This document shows positions 51,707-64,000 of a stretch of 64,000 nucleotides of DNA, piece by piece. The notes beneath the pieces are model-generated. The model was not told the DNA's origin. It worked only from the letters and a program-made list of their open reading frames with translations, and made no database searches. Position 1 is the first letter of the stretch, and every line of letters starts with the position of its first letter. This DNA is from Lingula anatina (Eukaryota; Animalia; Brachiopoda), in contig CM120648.1 in NCBI GenBank assembly GCA_051362555.1, positions 1,155,721-1,219,720 of the forward strand. The letters are read 5' to 3'. A program made the position numbers and the translations under genes.

Positions 51707-54700
51707 ATGGGTAGAAAGCGTGCTTTAGACACCGAAAGGCCCAAAAAGGGCCCTGGGCGGAAAGCGAAGAAACAGAAACCACCAGAGTTACCAAGACAGC
51801 TGCGGAAGGAAGGTAAACTTGTCGGCACGTAAAATATTACTAGTAACACTAACAGCAGAAGTTGTAACGTTGGTGTAACACCAAATATATGTTACTGTGG
51901 CGATTTTTACCACTTCTACAACTACTTCTTTCATTGCCATTACTTTCAGTCAGTGAAGCCAAGCAGAAAGCTCTGGGTAGCCGTGCTAAGAAACGGTTGA
52001 AGAAGAGACTGGCTAAGAAAGAGGAGGCACTAAAGGAAGCTGTTAAAGCCACAGAATTAAAGAAGAAGAGAGAACAGCTGCAGGGAAGCGATGGGGAGAG
52101 TGAAGGGAGCGCTGACAGTGGTGAGTTGGAGCTCATTTTTTTATTGCAAGTGTATTTTTAGTATTTTAAAGCTTTAGTCCAGATTTTAAAACTCTATAGA
52201 TTTATGTATCGATTGTTGTAGTTATAACTGCCACTGCATATATAGTAATAATAATAATAATAAAGTTTGCTTTTGTACAGCGGTTTTACTTCTTATTAAG
52301 CATGTACTTTGATTAAAAGTGTAAGAAAACTGATTAAAGACAGCAAATATTTAATGATCCATCTCTTAAACTCTGTGCAATGTCACTTTAATTCCAGATG
52401 AGGCCCAGGCATTCACAGACGAGAACAGTAAGTGGCTGAAGCCAGTCAAAAAGAAAAAGTTGCCTGTGGATAGTGAGGAAGATGAAGATGAAGAAGAGGA
52501 GGAAGAAGGGGAGGATGAAGAAAATGAGGATGGAAGAGAGGATGAGGAGCTAGAAGGGGTGAGTGCTGATTTGGGGATTTGTCTTTTAATGTGAGAGATT
52601 TTTTTGCCAAATCAAGTTGCAGCACAGACTTAATAAATTTATTTATTTATTCATTATATATACTTGCCACTCACCAAGTTGAACATAAAAAAGTAACTTC
52701 AAAAAAAATCTCTGTGTTGAGTACAATACAATAATTCACGTATGTTAGAAACCAAGAGGAGTCGTGCTTACCTGTAAATCTGGTGGCATTCAGCAAGAGT
52801 CCCCATGGGATCAGTGAGGGCATTAGCTGGATCAACAGATTTCATTCTGAATGGCCCTTGTAACTGGTTCTCTACTTGTTAACTTTGTGAAGCATAAACT
52901 CATCCAACCAGCGTTAACGTAATCTTTTTTTTATTGTGAACAGTCCGACCTGTTTGAAATGGAGGCTGAGAAGGCAGGGAGTGATGAAGATGAGGAAGAG
53001 GAAAGTAGGGAGGATGAAGAAGAAGAAGATGACAGTGATGCTGAAATACCAGCAGATGATTTTGGTGCTGAAGCTGAAAGTGATGGTGAAGATGATGAAG
53101 ATGATGATGATGATGATGAAGAAGAAGAAGAGGTATAGTTCAGTAAGAAATGAAACAATACATTGTTATATACCACTGCTTTGATATTTTTACATATAGC
53201 TCTTTTGACATGATTTTAATGATCCCTTTCTCAGTCTGTTCAAAAGCAATTTCTTAAACTGCCTCTTTGTGTGCCATTAGTAGATGCAGCATTGAAATGC
53301 ACTTACATAATTTAGAATGGGGAGAGGAGAAAATGGAATGTAATTCTGGAAAGTCCCACTGAAAAAAGCACTTATGAAAATTAAATAGAAAAATAACTTT
53401 TTGTTTATCTCCTTACACACAATATTCTGGTAAATGTCATAAGGCTGGATTAATGATTTGCTTCATATGGTAACATGATTGCCTTAATTTTATAGGAGCT
53501 ACCTGTAGAGAAAGCTGCAAAGAAGTTGAAGAAAAAGCAAGAGAAAGAGAGAAAAATGGCGGAGGAAGAGCTCCAGACCAACATAGCCCAAACAGACGTG
53601 TTCACGCTTCCAAGTGGACAAGAAGTAGAGAAGGAAGATATCCTTTTTTCTAGATGATTTGGGGGCAGAGTTCACTCAAAAAACTTAATATCAAAATTTT
53701 ATAAATAAATTCAATATGAATTTTACCCAATACTGTGCTCACTCTAGTCATTATTTTTGATTAGCAAAAGTTGCTAAAGGGTACAAATTTCTATTAGCAT
53801 TTTCTTATTTCAATTAGCAAAATTTGAAAGTCGAAAAATGCCACCACTCATCAGTTTTTATGCTAACATACATAAAGGAAGACACTGGACAGCATAAAAA
53901 CGCAAAATTAAATTATAAAACAGACTAAATGTGTAAGTTAATGTAAATAATATTTTAAGAAAAGCTTATGCATGCCTTAACAATATTAGGTAGAAACCAA
54001 GATCCAAGTTTATGCTGTTGTACCCAACAGGTCTTAATAACAGTCAAAGAAAGACAGAGTTCATATGTCACTTTATTACCAGGTTACATCAGCATATGCA
54101 TTATATAATTATTAAACAAAAACAACAATTTAAAACCAACATTTTGCACTTTTTCATTTCAACATATTGCATGTAATCTGAAAAAAAAAAAATACAGAAA
54201 ATGTACAGAGCTTCAGGTTGATGGGAGTTAAATGTCACATCTTGAAGATGCCAGTGTTTGAAAAGTAAAATTTAATAATAAATAAAAGGATAACAACGAA
54301 AATATTCCAATACAGCTGCATTCAAACTTTAAATCTAGCTGTATTAACATGATATGAATAATCCCATTGAGTTGGAGGATAATAAGGCACTGTAATTCAT
54401 CTATAGCAAAAATGTTGACATTACACAAAAATGATTTCAATTTCTAATGTGCAACTACTAGTAGACTCCATGTTGGTAATTGTCACAAGGTCATCAGGTA
54501 AGTCTAGAAGTGGCCCACCTACTGGTTCATAGTATTGAGAAGGCTGCTCTGTTGGAGGTATTCTAGTAGCTGTGGTGAAAAATGATTCTATTCTGGACTG
54601 CTTATTAGAAGAAGCAATCCTTTTCTGTGACTGCCCTTGAAAAACTTACTACTTGATGATAATGAAAAATGGTCAATCTTCAAATTCATCACGATCACAA

Positions 54701-57700
54701 ATATAACGGCAACTGAAACTGCAAAATGAATATTAATTGTACAAAATTGTACACATGGCTTTATTAACTTTCCAATCATGATAATATTTCATCGATTTAA
54801 TCATTATGTTCCCCACACAAAAATAAATCAAGAACGCACTTATGTCGCTAAACATTGCGCAACGCATCGATCGTCACGTGGTCGTGTAAGCATTTTTAGA
54901 AGAAAAATATACTTTTTTTCTTTGGGTACAACAAACTGTTTAAGAAAAATAAATTTACCAAAATTCTCATTAATACAAGATTATACGACAATTAGTTACC
55001 CGAAGACAGGAACTGATTAGAAGACAGAATACGTGGACCATTAAAAACCTTTCACTGTTGAAAGTAACTAACTTACAGCAAAATAAGCTCCAACTACTGA
55101 AAAGTTATTCATTCACTTTTTATTTTACATTCCAAAGCTTAAATTTTGTATGTAATACAATTTTGTTTACATATCAGATAAAAAATCATCTTACCTTTTC
55201 GAAAATCTTTGAAAGCATTGCCACATCGTTCTCCACAGATCATACTTTGAGCGCCATGTGCTGACTGCTAGTGCGGGCTATCCCGCACTGAAAATCTGGT
55301 TGCCTAATCCCGTCAGTCATATGGATGTGGAATGATTATTATACATACATTTATTTGTTTTTTATTTTCTAAATCGTTTTAATTTTATTTTCACACCTAC
55401 AAGGCTAGAATGTACATCACACGACTCGGAGCACCGTCTCTAAATTGTTGCCTCGTTTTCAATTAGTATCTGCACGAAACGGAGGCATCTTTATATTCAC
55501 TTTCATTTGGACGTACATGGTAGGCAACGATGTAAGCGTGGTGACTTCTATTTTTTAATGCAAAACCAAAGCAAACGCACTGAAAGGTGATTAACATTTT
55601 ATAGTATTAACAGTTTCGCAAAATTTGCGAACGAGTAACATTTTGTTTTCGCATTTCTGAAATGCAATTCGCTATAGCGAACTTTGCGAGCGTCTAGCGT
55701 GAGCCTAGCAATAGATATGATCCTTAACTGTCCCCACCTGTCCAACCCCCAGACCTGGCTCTGGTACAGCAGAGAATGAAGGACATTCTGCAGGTCCTTG
55801 GAGACTTCAAGGCACGGAGAGAGGAAGGAAGGTAAGTTAAGGCTGACCCCTTACTAATACCTACTTTCTTTGTACAATTTTCTGACATAATTATAAAATA
55901 TAGGCTCCACCTTAAATAGCCAAATAAAATAAAAATCTGTTTGTATTTTGCCAGTTGGGCATTTACAAGATGAAAAAAGTGGTCTTTTTGGTAAATAGTA
56001 GCTTATGTTGGAAGTATTCATGCACATTTTTCTTTATTTTATTCAGGACAAGGAAGGAGTATGTGGAACAGTTAATCCGAGATCTGTGCCTGTATTACAG
56101 TTACAATACATTCCTTATGGAAAAATTGCTGGACTTGTTTCCACATGAGGTACAATTGTGTTGTTTTCTCAAGCAGTCTCAACTAACACATTCACTTGTA
56201 GTCATGTGAGGTTGGATTGTGTTGTGATCTCAACCAGTCAACTGAATCATTTGGTTGATATAATTCTTTATCTGTGTCTCAGATAGCCCTGTATTTCTAC
56301 AGATAATTGATCACTTGCAAATCCTAATTGTCACCATTTAGAGATAGTGAGTGCTTTCCTTTTGTACTGCATGATTAAAATAGTAAGCAGTGTAAAAAGA
56401 AAAATTCTCTCGAAATCTAATAAGGCTGTTTGTGCATTCTAGATGTTTAGTCAGAAGTGATAATGGAAAAAGCATCATGTAATTTTGTTTCATTTCCACA
56501 GATAATAGAATTCCTGGAGGCCAATGAAGTACAGAGACCTGTCACCATACGATGTAATACACTGAAGACACGGAGGAGGGATCTGGCACAGGTAAAAAAA
56601 CGTAACATTCGCATTCTTGTAGCAGCTGATGTGACACGGCCAATTATATATGCAAATTTTATTTAAGAAGCATACTCTGTCACTCTGGTCAACTATTCTT
56701 TCCATCTAGTTGCATCTTGTATCTTTTAAATGCTATCTTCATAATGTCTTGATTGAAATGGATAAGTAATTTGTTTCCGTACTAGCATTGCAGTATTATT
56801 TTTAGTCTTTTTTATATCTTTTTTTTTTTCAGGCACTTATCAATCGTGGGATGAATCTGGACCCTGTAGGAAAGTGGTCCAAGGTGGGCCTCGTAGTCTA
56901 CGACTCACAGGTGCCCGTAGGTATGTTTGCACAGGCTTTTGGGGATTATCAGTATATGTTGGAAGAAGTCTGCAATTTTTCAAAGATCTGGAGGGCTTTC
57001 TTGTAGAATTTGGAAGTATTTGGCTTGCTTATTCCTATGTACCTTTAATTTTTTTTTTTTAAGATAAGTACAAAGTTTAACCTTGTCATTTTAAAAGATA
57101 TACTGAGTTTTGAGTGCTGAATAGATTTTTTTTACATGTTTGTAACTTATTTACATCAGGAGCAACCCCAGAGTACCTTGCTGGTCACTACATGATCCAG
57201 GGAGCGTCCAGTTTTCTGCCCGTCATGGCGCTGGCGCCACAAGTTAACGAACGCGTACTGGACATGGCTGCAGCACCTGGAGGGAAGACTACATATATAG
57301 GTAACTGTGAATAATAACAACTAGGAAAGATAGCAAAACTGTATCATACGCTGGGGTAGCGCTAGCAATTTTTTTCACTAAGCCAAATCACCACGTTTTT
57401 GTCAATTTGTTATCAAAATGGTTATAATTTGGCTAAAACATGTAAAATCAAGCCCTTTTTCTTTAGCCAATTTAAGTCCGTTTTAGCATTTGGCTAAATT
57501 GGCAAGTGTTAGCGCTACCCCAGATGCGGTATGAACAAGCAGCCTTTATTAATGTCAAAGTGAATGTTTTGATTCATCCAGCTTTAATGGCGGATGCTGA
57601 TGGAAATCTAATTTGATAACTGGCTTCACTTCACTTTATTTTGATACACTTTGACAATATAAATGGAAAATGTTTGATACCTTAACTGCTTTGATCAAGC

Positions 57701-58002
57701 AATTATAACCGAATCTGTGCCACAATTAATCTCAGTTTTTATTCTACAATTTTCAGCTAATGGTCTAAAACAGAATTCAGACCACTTTTAGTCCAGTATT
57801 TTATCTTGCCAGGAATTTAGCCATAACATTTCTTTTTGTCCTGTTATCTAGCTGCCCTAATGAAAAACACAGGCACGCTTTTTGCCAATGACCCCAGTGC
57901 GGAGAGAGCAAAAGCCATCGTAGGGAACATACACAGAATGGGTATCTCCAATACCATAGTCTGCACCCATGATGGAAGGAAGTTCCCAGAGGTAAACTGA
58001 CC

Positions 58003-58037
<35 letters not shown>

Positions 58038-61000
58038 CAAAATATACCATTTTCTTACTGATATTTTCTCAAAAGAAATATTCATGTAGGAATTTTAAAG
58101 AGATTGTACAAAGTCATGAAGTTCACAGGATGATTTCAAAGCTTACTATTTTTTTTTTCCAGATCATCACAGGCTTTGACAGGGTGCTCCTTGACGCCCC
58201 TTGTAGTGGCACGGGAGTCATCGCGAAGGACCCAGCTGTCAAAGCCAGCAAGGTAAGGCTTGGCACTATGTCTGAAATGGTAGTGACAATAGGCCGACAC
58301 AGACATATATATATGAGTAATAGGACTTCTACTGCCATAACTAGAAATAAGCTTGATACATCATATACCACCTTGGCCCCAACAATATATATAATAAGCC
58401 TGATATATCATGTACCACCTTGGCCCCAACAATATATATAATAAGCCTGATATATCATGTACCACCTTGGCCCCAACAATATATATAATAAGCCTGATAT
58501 ATCATGTACCACCTTGGCCCCAACAATATATATAATAAGCCTGATATATCATGTACCACCTTGGCCCCAACAATATATATAATAAGCCTGATATATCATG
58601 TACCACCTTGGCCCCAACAATATATATAATAAGCTTGATACATCATATACCACCTTGGCCCCAACAATATATATAATAAGCCTGATATATCATGTACCAC
58701 CTTGGCCCCAACAATATATATAATAAGCCTGATATATCATGTACCACCTTGGCCCCAACAATATATATAATAAGCCTGATATATCATGTACCACCTTGGC
58801 CCCAACAATATATATAATAAGCTTGATATATCATGTACCACCTTGGCCCCAACAATATATATAATAAGCCTGATATATCATGTACCACCTTGGCCCCAAC
58901 AATATATATAATAAGCCTGATATATCATGTACCACCTTGGCCCCAACAATATATATAATAAGCCTGATATATCATGTACCACCTTGGCCCCAACAATATA
59001 TATAATAAGCCTGATATATCATGTACCACCTTGGCCCCAACAATATATATAATAAGCCTGATATATCATGTACCACCTTGGCCCCAACAATATATATAAT
59101 AAGCCTGATATATCATATATCACCTTGGCCCCAACAATATATATAATAAGCCTGATATATCATGTCCCACTTTGGCCCCAACAATGACCCCTTTACAAAC
59201 ACTGCTACAGAAACTCCTAGAGGGCCACTATATAATATTAACCTATTGAGGTTCTAGGGCCCTTCAACGCCATACACCATACGCCGAGCACTAGGGGCCC
59301 TTGTACCATTTTCCACTTGGTCCTGCCAAATTTAAAACTTCCATTACAGTAAACAGTAGTGCCTGTGTCGCAAGCATACCCTAATGACTTAAAACCTTTC
59401 AATTTGTTTGTTTTTATTTAAGATTTAATTTATCTTTTTTTTTTCCTTTCAGGATGAGAAGGACATTCAGCGGTGTTCGCACATCCAAAAGCAGCTGATC
59501 TTGGCTGCCATTGACTGCTGCGATGCCAAAAGTAAGACTGGCGGCTACGTCACCTACTCCACCTGCTCCATATTGGTGAGTATAGGAACTGGGCGGAAGA
59601 GCTTATTAGGTACTCGAAAGGAGACACACATGTACTCTGTCTTTATGAGTAACACTACTACACACAGATCAATTTTCATCAGAATGTTGATAGCCATTGT
59701 TGCCTTGCAGGTGGAAGAGAATGAGTGGGTGATTGACTTCGCCCTGAAGAAGCGGAACGTCAAGCTGGTCCCCACTGGTCTGGACTTTGGTAGAGAAGGA
59801 TTTACACAGTAAGTGCAAGCAGAATAGATAAATTTATTTGGATATTTGTAAATGGCAATTTTCCCTTATATGCAATAATTGGTTATAAATCTAAAAATGA
59901 AGGGGTGGTTTTCTTTACTAGGGCTCATGAATGTAGTATTTTTGAAATGCCAAACAACATAGATATTTATTTCTGTTTTTATTTCGTTCTTTGCAGATTC
60001 AAACAACATCGGTTTCACCCCACCATGAAATTGACCCGTCGCTTCTATCCACACACCCATAACTTGGATGGGTTCTTTGTGGCCAAGCTAAAGAAGTTCT
60101 CGAACAAGAAACCTGTCTTTGGTAAGAGCTTGTCTTGTAGTGCTGACATCTTTTGTAAATTTAAGCATGATTTTATACTATCATATTCACACAAATGTGT
60201 ACAGATATACATGCACATCTATATACATGTGTGCAAAATATGAATCATAAATTTGATATCAGATCCTCTATGGACTTTTTAAAAAGTTCTCTGAAATTTC
60301 AGGAGATAAAAAGGGTGATGAAGAGGAAGAGGAAAATGAGGAGGATGAGGAAGAGATGGAGGTAGACCAGGATGATAATGAGGAGGACGAAGAGAGTGAA
60401 GATGGTGAAGAGGAGGAGGAGGATGAAGACGAGGAGGAGGATGAAGAGAGTGATGATGGTGAAGAGGAGGAGGAGGATGAAAGTGAAACTGAAAATGTAC
60501 CAGTTGGAAAAAAGAAAAAGAAAGCATCAGAAAGTGTTAAGAGTACGAAACCAACAGGTGCTTCCAGTAAAGTTGGCAAGAATGATAAACATAATGTAAA
60601 AAAGAAAAGCGGACAAGACCAAGCTCAAACCGCTGGGACCAAGAAAGTTGACAAAAATGTAACTAATAAGAAATCAGTTGAGAGCGCAGCTCCTAAGATG
60701 AATGGACTTGGCAAAAAGAAGGACGAAAAGGAAAAGAAAGTAACTAATGTCGAGGTTCTCGATAGAAAAGTGAAATCTTCAGAGGTTAAAAGTAAAAAAG
60801 AAAAGGCTGATAAAGTTGAGACAAAGGGCAAATCACGCAAAGTTAAAACACCAGTTGTGACAGAAATATCAGTTAAAAGTCCAGATGCAAAAGGACAAGA
60901 AAAGAAAAGGAAAGGGTCTGCTGAAACACCACAACAGGAAACTACTCCTGTCAAAACTCCCAAATCTCAAAAGAAGCCCAATAAAGACACTCCTGCACGG

Positions 61001-61084
61001 AAAGATTTGAGTGATAAGAAAAACAAAAGGAAGTCTGGTGCTGGGACAGCTGGCAGCGTCAAGAAGTCCAAAAAGGCAGATTAA
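51707..61084 (+). CDS. NOP2: 28S rRNA m5C methyltransferase NOP2/NSUN1 (P120), ~880 aa, 16 exons
   Basis: Exons 51707-51812, 51950-52120, 52398-52558, 52944-53132, 53496-53637, 55738-55831, 56047-56149, 56502-56591, 56833-56920, 57160-57300, 57852-57991, 58163-58252, 59453-59575, 59711-59808, 59997-60121, 60303-61084 (2643 nt in frame). Motifs: MGRK...[68 protein letters not shown]; acidic and Lys-rich tails. Confidence 0.97.
53638..55737 (+). other. U12-type (minor spliceosome) AT-AC intron of NOP2
   Basis: 5' splice site ATATCCTTT (53638), branch site TCCTTAAC (55721-55728), 3' CAC (AC at 55736-37). Splicing restores the frame EKE-A-VQPPDL. Confidence 0.95.
53666..55708 (-). mobile_element. 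Possible decayed hAT-like element filling the U12 intron
   Basis: Weak terminal similarity (CAGAGTTCACTC vs reverse complement of TAGCGTGAGCCTAG). TAGCAAAA/TTCGCAAAA-type subterminal motifs cluster at both ends. A frameshifted W-x-K-Y-D-like fragment on the minus strand near 55200-55260 is reminiscent of hAT zinc fingers. Confidence 0.3.
57351..57523. mobile_element. MITE, CTGGGGTAGCGCTA TIR, in NOP2 intron 10
   Basis: Perfect 14-bp TIR, internal TTAGCCA/TGGCTAA motifs; flanks ATACG/ATGCG match at 4 of 5 bases. Confidence 0.8.
58346..59185. repeat. 47-bp minisatellite, ~18 copies, in NOP2 intron 12
   Basis: Unit AATAAGCCTGATATATCATGTACCACCTTGGCCCCAACAATATATAT in near-identical head-to-tail copies without spacers. 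Confidence 0.95.
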
Positions 61085-61560
61085 TGTATAGGTGGCAGCA
61101 GTGTCATGGAAACCTTTTAGATAGATGGCAGCACCAATTGGCCACATTTTTTGTGAACTATTGCTGTTTTATTCAGCCAAATGTTAGCCAGAAAGATTAT
61201 TTAAAGAAAATAGATGCAATATTTGATACCAATTAAGATTTTTGCCACATACATATTTTGCACAGAAGTTGTGTGAATTGAGTACCAGCTTTGGTGTCTT
61301 GTTTACTGATTATATATGGGTCTAAGAAGCTAAGATGTGGCGTGATACAAATTAAGTAGCATGCTGACACATTTAACAGGCATTATATATGACCTACAAA
61401 GAGGGTCTTGTATGCGGACGACAGTCTCATTAATAAAAGATGTGTCTGTATTAAGAAGATCACGAGATGTTTTGTTAACTCGTAGAGAGAAATATTTAGG
61501 CGCTGGCACGTGCGTATCTCCGCTCAACAAATAATTCGTTGACGTGGGTCGAATGACGAT

Positions 61561-61561
<1 letters not shown>

Positions 61562-61602
<41 letters not shown>
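61562..61602. repeat. (CT)n microsatellite
   Basis: Direct read. Confidence 0.95.
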
Positions 61603-61605
<3 letters not shown>

Positions 61606-64000
61606 CATTTGGTTCGCGAGGAAAATATTATGGACACTTATCATTACTTTGTTAAAAGTACCCTGAGTTTCATATGTATGTTGACAGTGTAAGCACATTT
61701 CTTACATGTATCGGTGCGGGAAACAGCAAGGGCATACTTATAATAGAGGCAGTTGTGACAGGAATGCTAGTCTGAGGAATGGAAGTCCAGGGTCCCAATA
61801 TGATTAGTACAAGTTAGGGTTAGTCGGAGTATTGGAATAAATATATGGGACGAATGTCACCTGTACAAAGCAATGGGAAGCGGACTACGGTTGTAATGTT
61901 TTTTATTGTCTTTTTTATTACTACAAGACATAACTACGATATATTGAACATTTGTCTTAACGTGTATGCGTATCTTTAACACTGAAACGACCTCACTCTC
62001 GGAGGAGCATACAGCCAACACGACACCGGAGTATGAAACTTCTTAATTTTCGACACAGCATTCTACAGTTGGGATTGTCAAGCCTTGTCGTCTCTCAGAT
62101 TACATAACATGTACACACGCATAATATCACAATGATGAAATCCACTCGAAACAGATAAAATGATGAATTAAAATTGGCTTAACAAGATTGCGGGGACTTT
62201 CGGAAATCCTTGAGAACGTGATTAGAAAGGATTTAATGATATAGAGTGTTGGTATTTATGATACCCTAAAGTTGGAGATAAGAATTTAACTGTTCATTGA
62301 AAACTTAAATCACGTCACTCCGAAACTCCCGCCATATTTCACTTTTGCTGTCTTCTATCACTCTTTTATTTTGTAAATCTTTGGCATGAGAATAATCCCT
62401 GCACCTGTTTGTGATTGTGTTCTTTGCGTATTTTTTTCTCTCCACTCGGGCATTTAGAACAGACGGGGTCAAGGTATAAATGGTAATTTATACATGTTGT
62501 CTTTCACAGTCACGGCTAGGATATATATATATTAAGCACGACTCAAAGGTAAAGCGGGCCAATTCCCCAGCGTGGTCTTAGTAGGTCTTCCCAGCAAAGG
62601 TAAAGAGGGCGAATTCCGCGGCGTATTTTTAGGACATCTACCCGTCGTCTATGACACTTACATTCCAGTTGGTACAGCAGTAAGGTCGGAGATGTTCTGA
62701 TAATTGTCAGCTGAAGGCCACTGAGGACGTCAACTCAACTATACAGAGCCGGTTTTATTTTTGTCAGTTGAAATAAGTATTGTAAAGCCGTTTGAAATCT
62801 GTGAGTTGTTACGTATAAGCTGTCAAGTAAATGTGCAAAGCAGCCTGTTTTACTCTTAAAAGAGTACACTATGTAAGTTATGTAAGTTTTTTTCATTTTC
62901 GTGACGATTTCAGCACTTTTCCCATATTCACTAAGGTGCACAGGTAGCATATCCAAAACCGTCCACAAATTAACGATATAAAGCCGACTTGTAAGTTATG
63001 ACTTCGATTTTCAGAAAAGGGCAGCTTGAAACAGTAAATAATCATTCCCTGTACGCTCTGCGATAGGTGCGCCCTTGATCTTGATAGAGAGAAAACTGCT
63101 GCAATTTCCAGGAATTTTTCCTTCTTAAGCTTCCCAAATACTAGTATAACGAGCTAACGCGCGTTGTTCACCTTTAACTTAAAGTATCCACGTAGATCAC
63201 CACACGGGAGACGGCGGCGTTTCTTTTGAAGTGGTATGATAATGGGACAAAGTGACGTAAATACTTCATGGGGGGCATGCGGGGGCTCGGCGCCATCCAT
63301 ACGCAGGGCGATAACGCTAAAGTCGGCAACTTTGAACGACAAATAAAAAGGCGCGTACACACCAGGTTACTGTTACCGTTCAAGAGACTGTAAGTAAGAA
63401 AGGATAGAAATCTGGATGGCAATTAAGCCCTGCACACGCAAATTGTAGCGTTGAACCAAATTGCAGCGTTTCAGCTGCAACGCCGAAGAGGCTATTTTGG
63501 GTAGGGGCTGCACTGCACATGTCAAAGTGACTTTCTATCGTTAAGTGTGCTTGTACTGGGAAGGGGTTTATTTGCAACAGAAATATCTCAACCCAAAATA
63601 CAGGTACGGATTGTTTTGGTAACGCTCACATTTCGCTGAGCTAGGCCGGTAGAACGTCGATCCGACTGACGTTACGTCGCCACGTAGGATTACGCGTAGT
63701 TTCGCTAAACCAGAGGAATATTAACCGATGGATTTTTGCTGCGTCGGCACACGCTTAATTGTTCAAACGTCTGCCAACGTAACTTGGAACAAACCTGGGT
63801 GCGTTCTATCATAGCTTTAATAAACATAGGTAACCTTTTAAGTTGAGTGAGGACTGATCCGAAAGGGTGGCGTGTGAATGTGGCCGTATAATGATAAAAG
63901 CCAAGAGGCAAGACTGGCCCCACGTGAATACATACGTACTTTACCACGGTAGAACAACTTAGTCCAATATAGGCAATGGCGTTTGGTAGCAAGGCGGAGT

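Noticed and set aside
56205-56310. Three small hairpins in NOP2 intron 7 as an H/ACA RNA
   Set aside because: Hairpins are too short and box placement does not fit H/ACA architecture.
58346-59185. CRISPR-like array
   Set aside because: Units are contiguous with no unique spacers, no cas genes are present, and it lies in a eukaryotic intron; it is a minisatellite.

Overview
Eukaryotic, AT-rich, intron-containing animal DNA, probably a marine invertebrate (deuterostome-like; inference). I reconstructed five protein-coding genes by hand-splicing. (1) A 9-coding-exon + strand gene (16084-22795, ~540 aa) encodes an unusual type-I membrane protein: signal peptide, Ser/Thr-rich mucin/proteoglycan-like ectodomain, one TM helix, 16-Cys juxtamembrane cluster, Asn-Gly-rich linker and a cytoplasmic OTU deubiquitinase domain with intact catalytic motifs. 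This candidate 'receptor deubiquitinase' is the most novel item. (2-4) Three tandem minus-strand cyclase-family (kynurenine formamidase/isatin hydrolase-like) genes each encode a secreted, probably GPI-anchored 564-aa protein with a dead N-terminal and an intact C-terminal cyclase domain; the middle copy looks like an unequal-crossover chimera. (5) NOP2/NSUN1 (51707-61084, 16 exons, ~880 aa) retains the classic P120 AT-AC U12 intron. The window also holds an Academ-like element end, a Helentron-type (HINE) element, several MITEs (some with 5-bp TSDs), a 47-bp minisatellite and microsatellites. Gene models rest on splice consensus and reading-frame continuity only; no transcript or database evidence was available.
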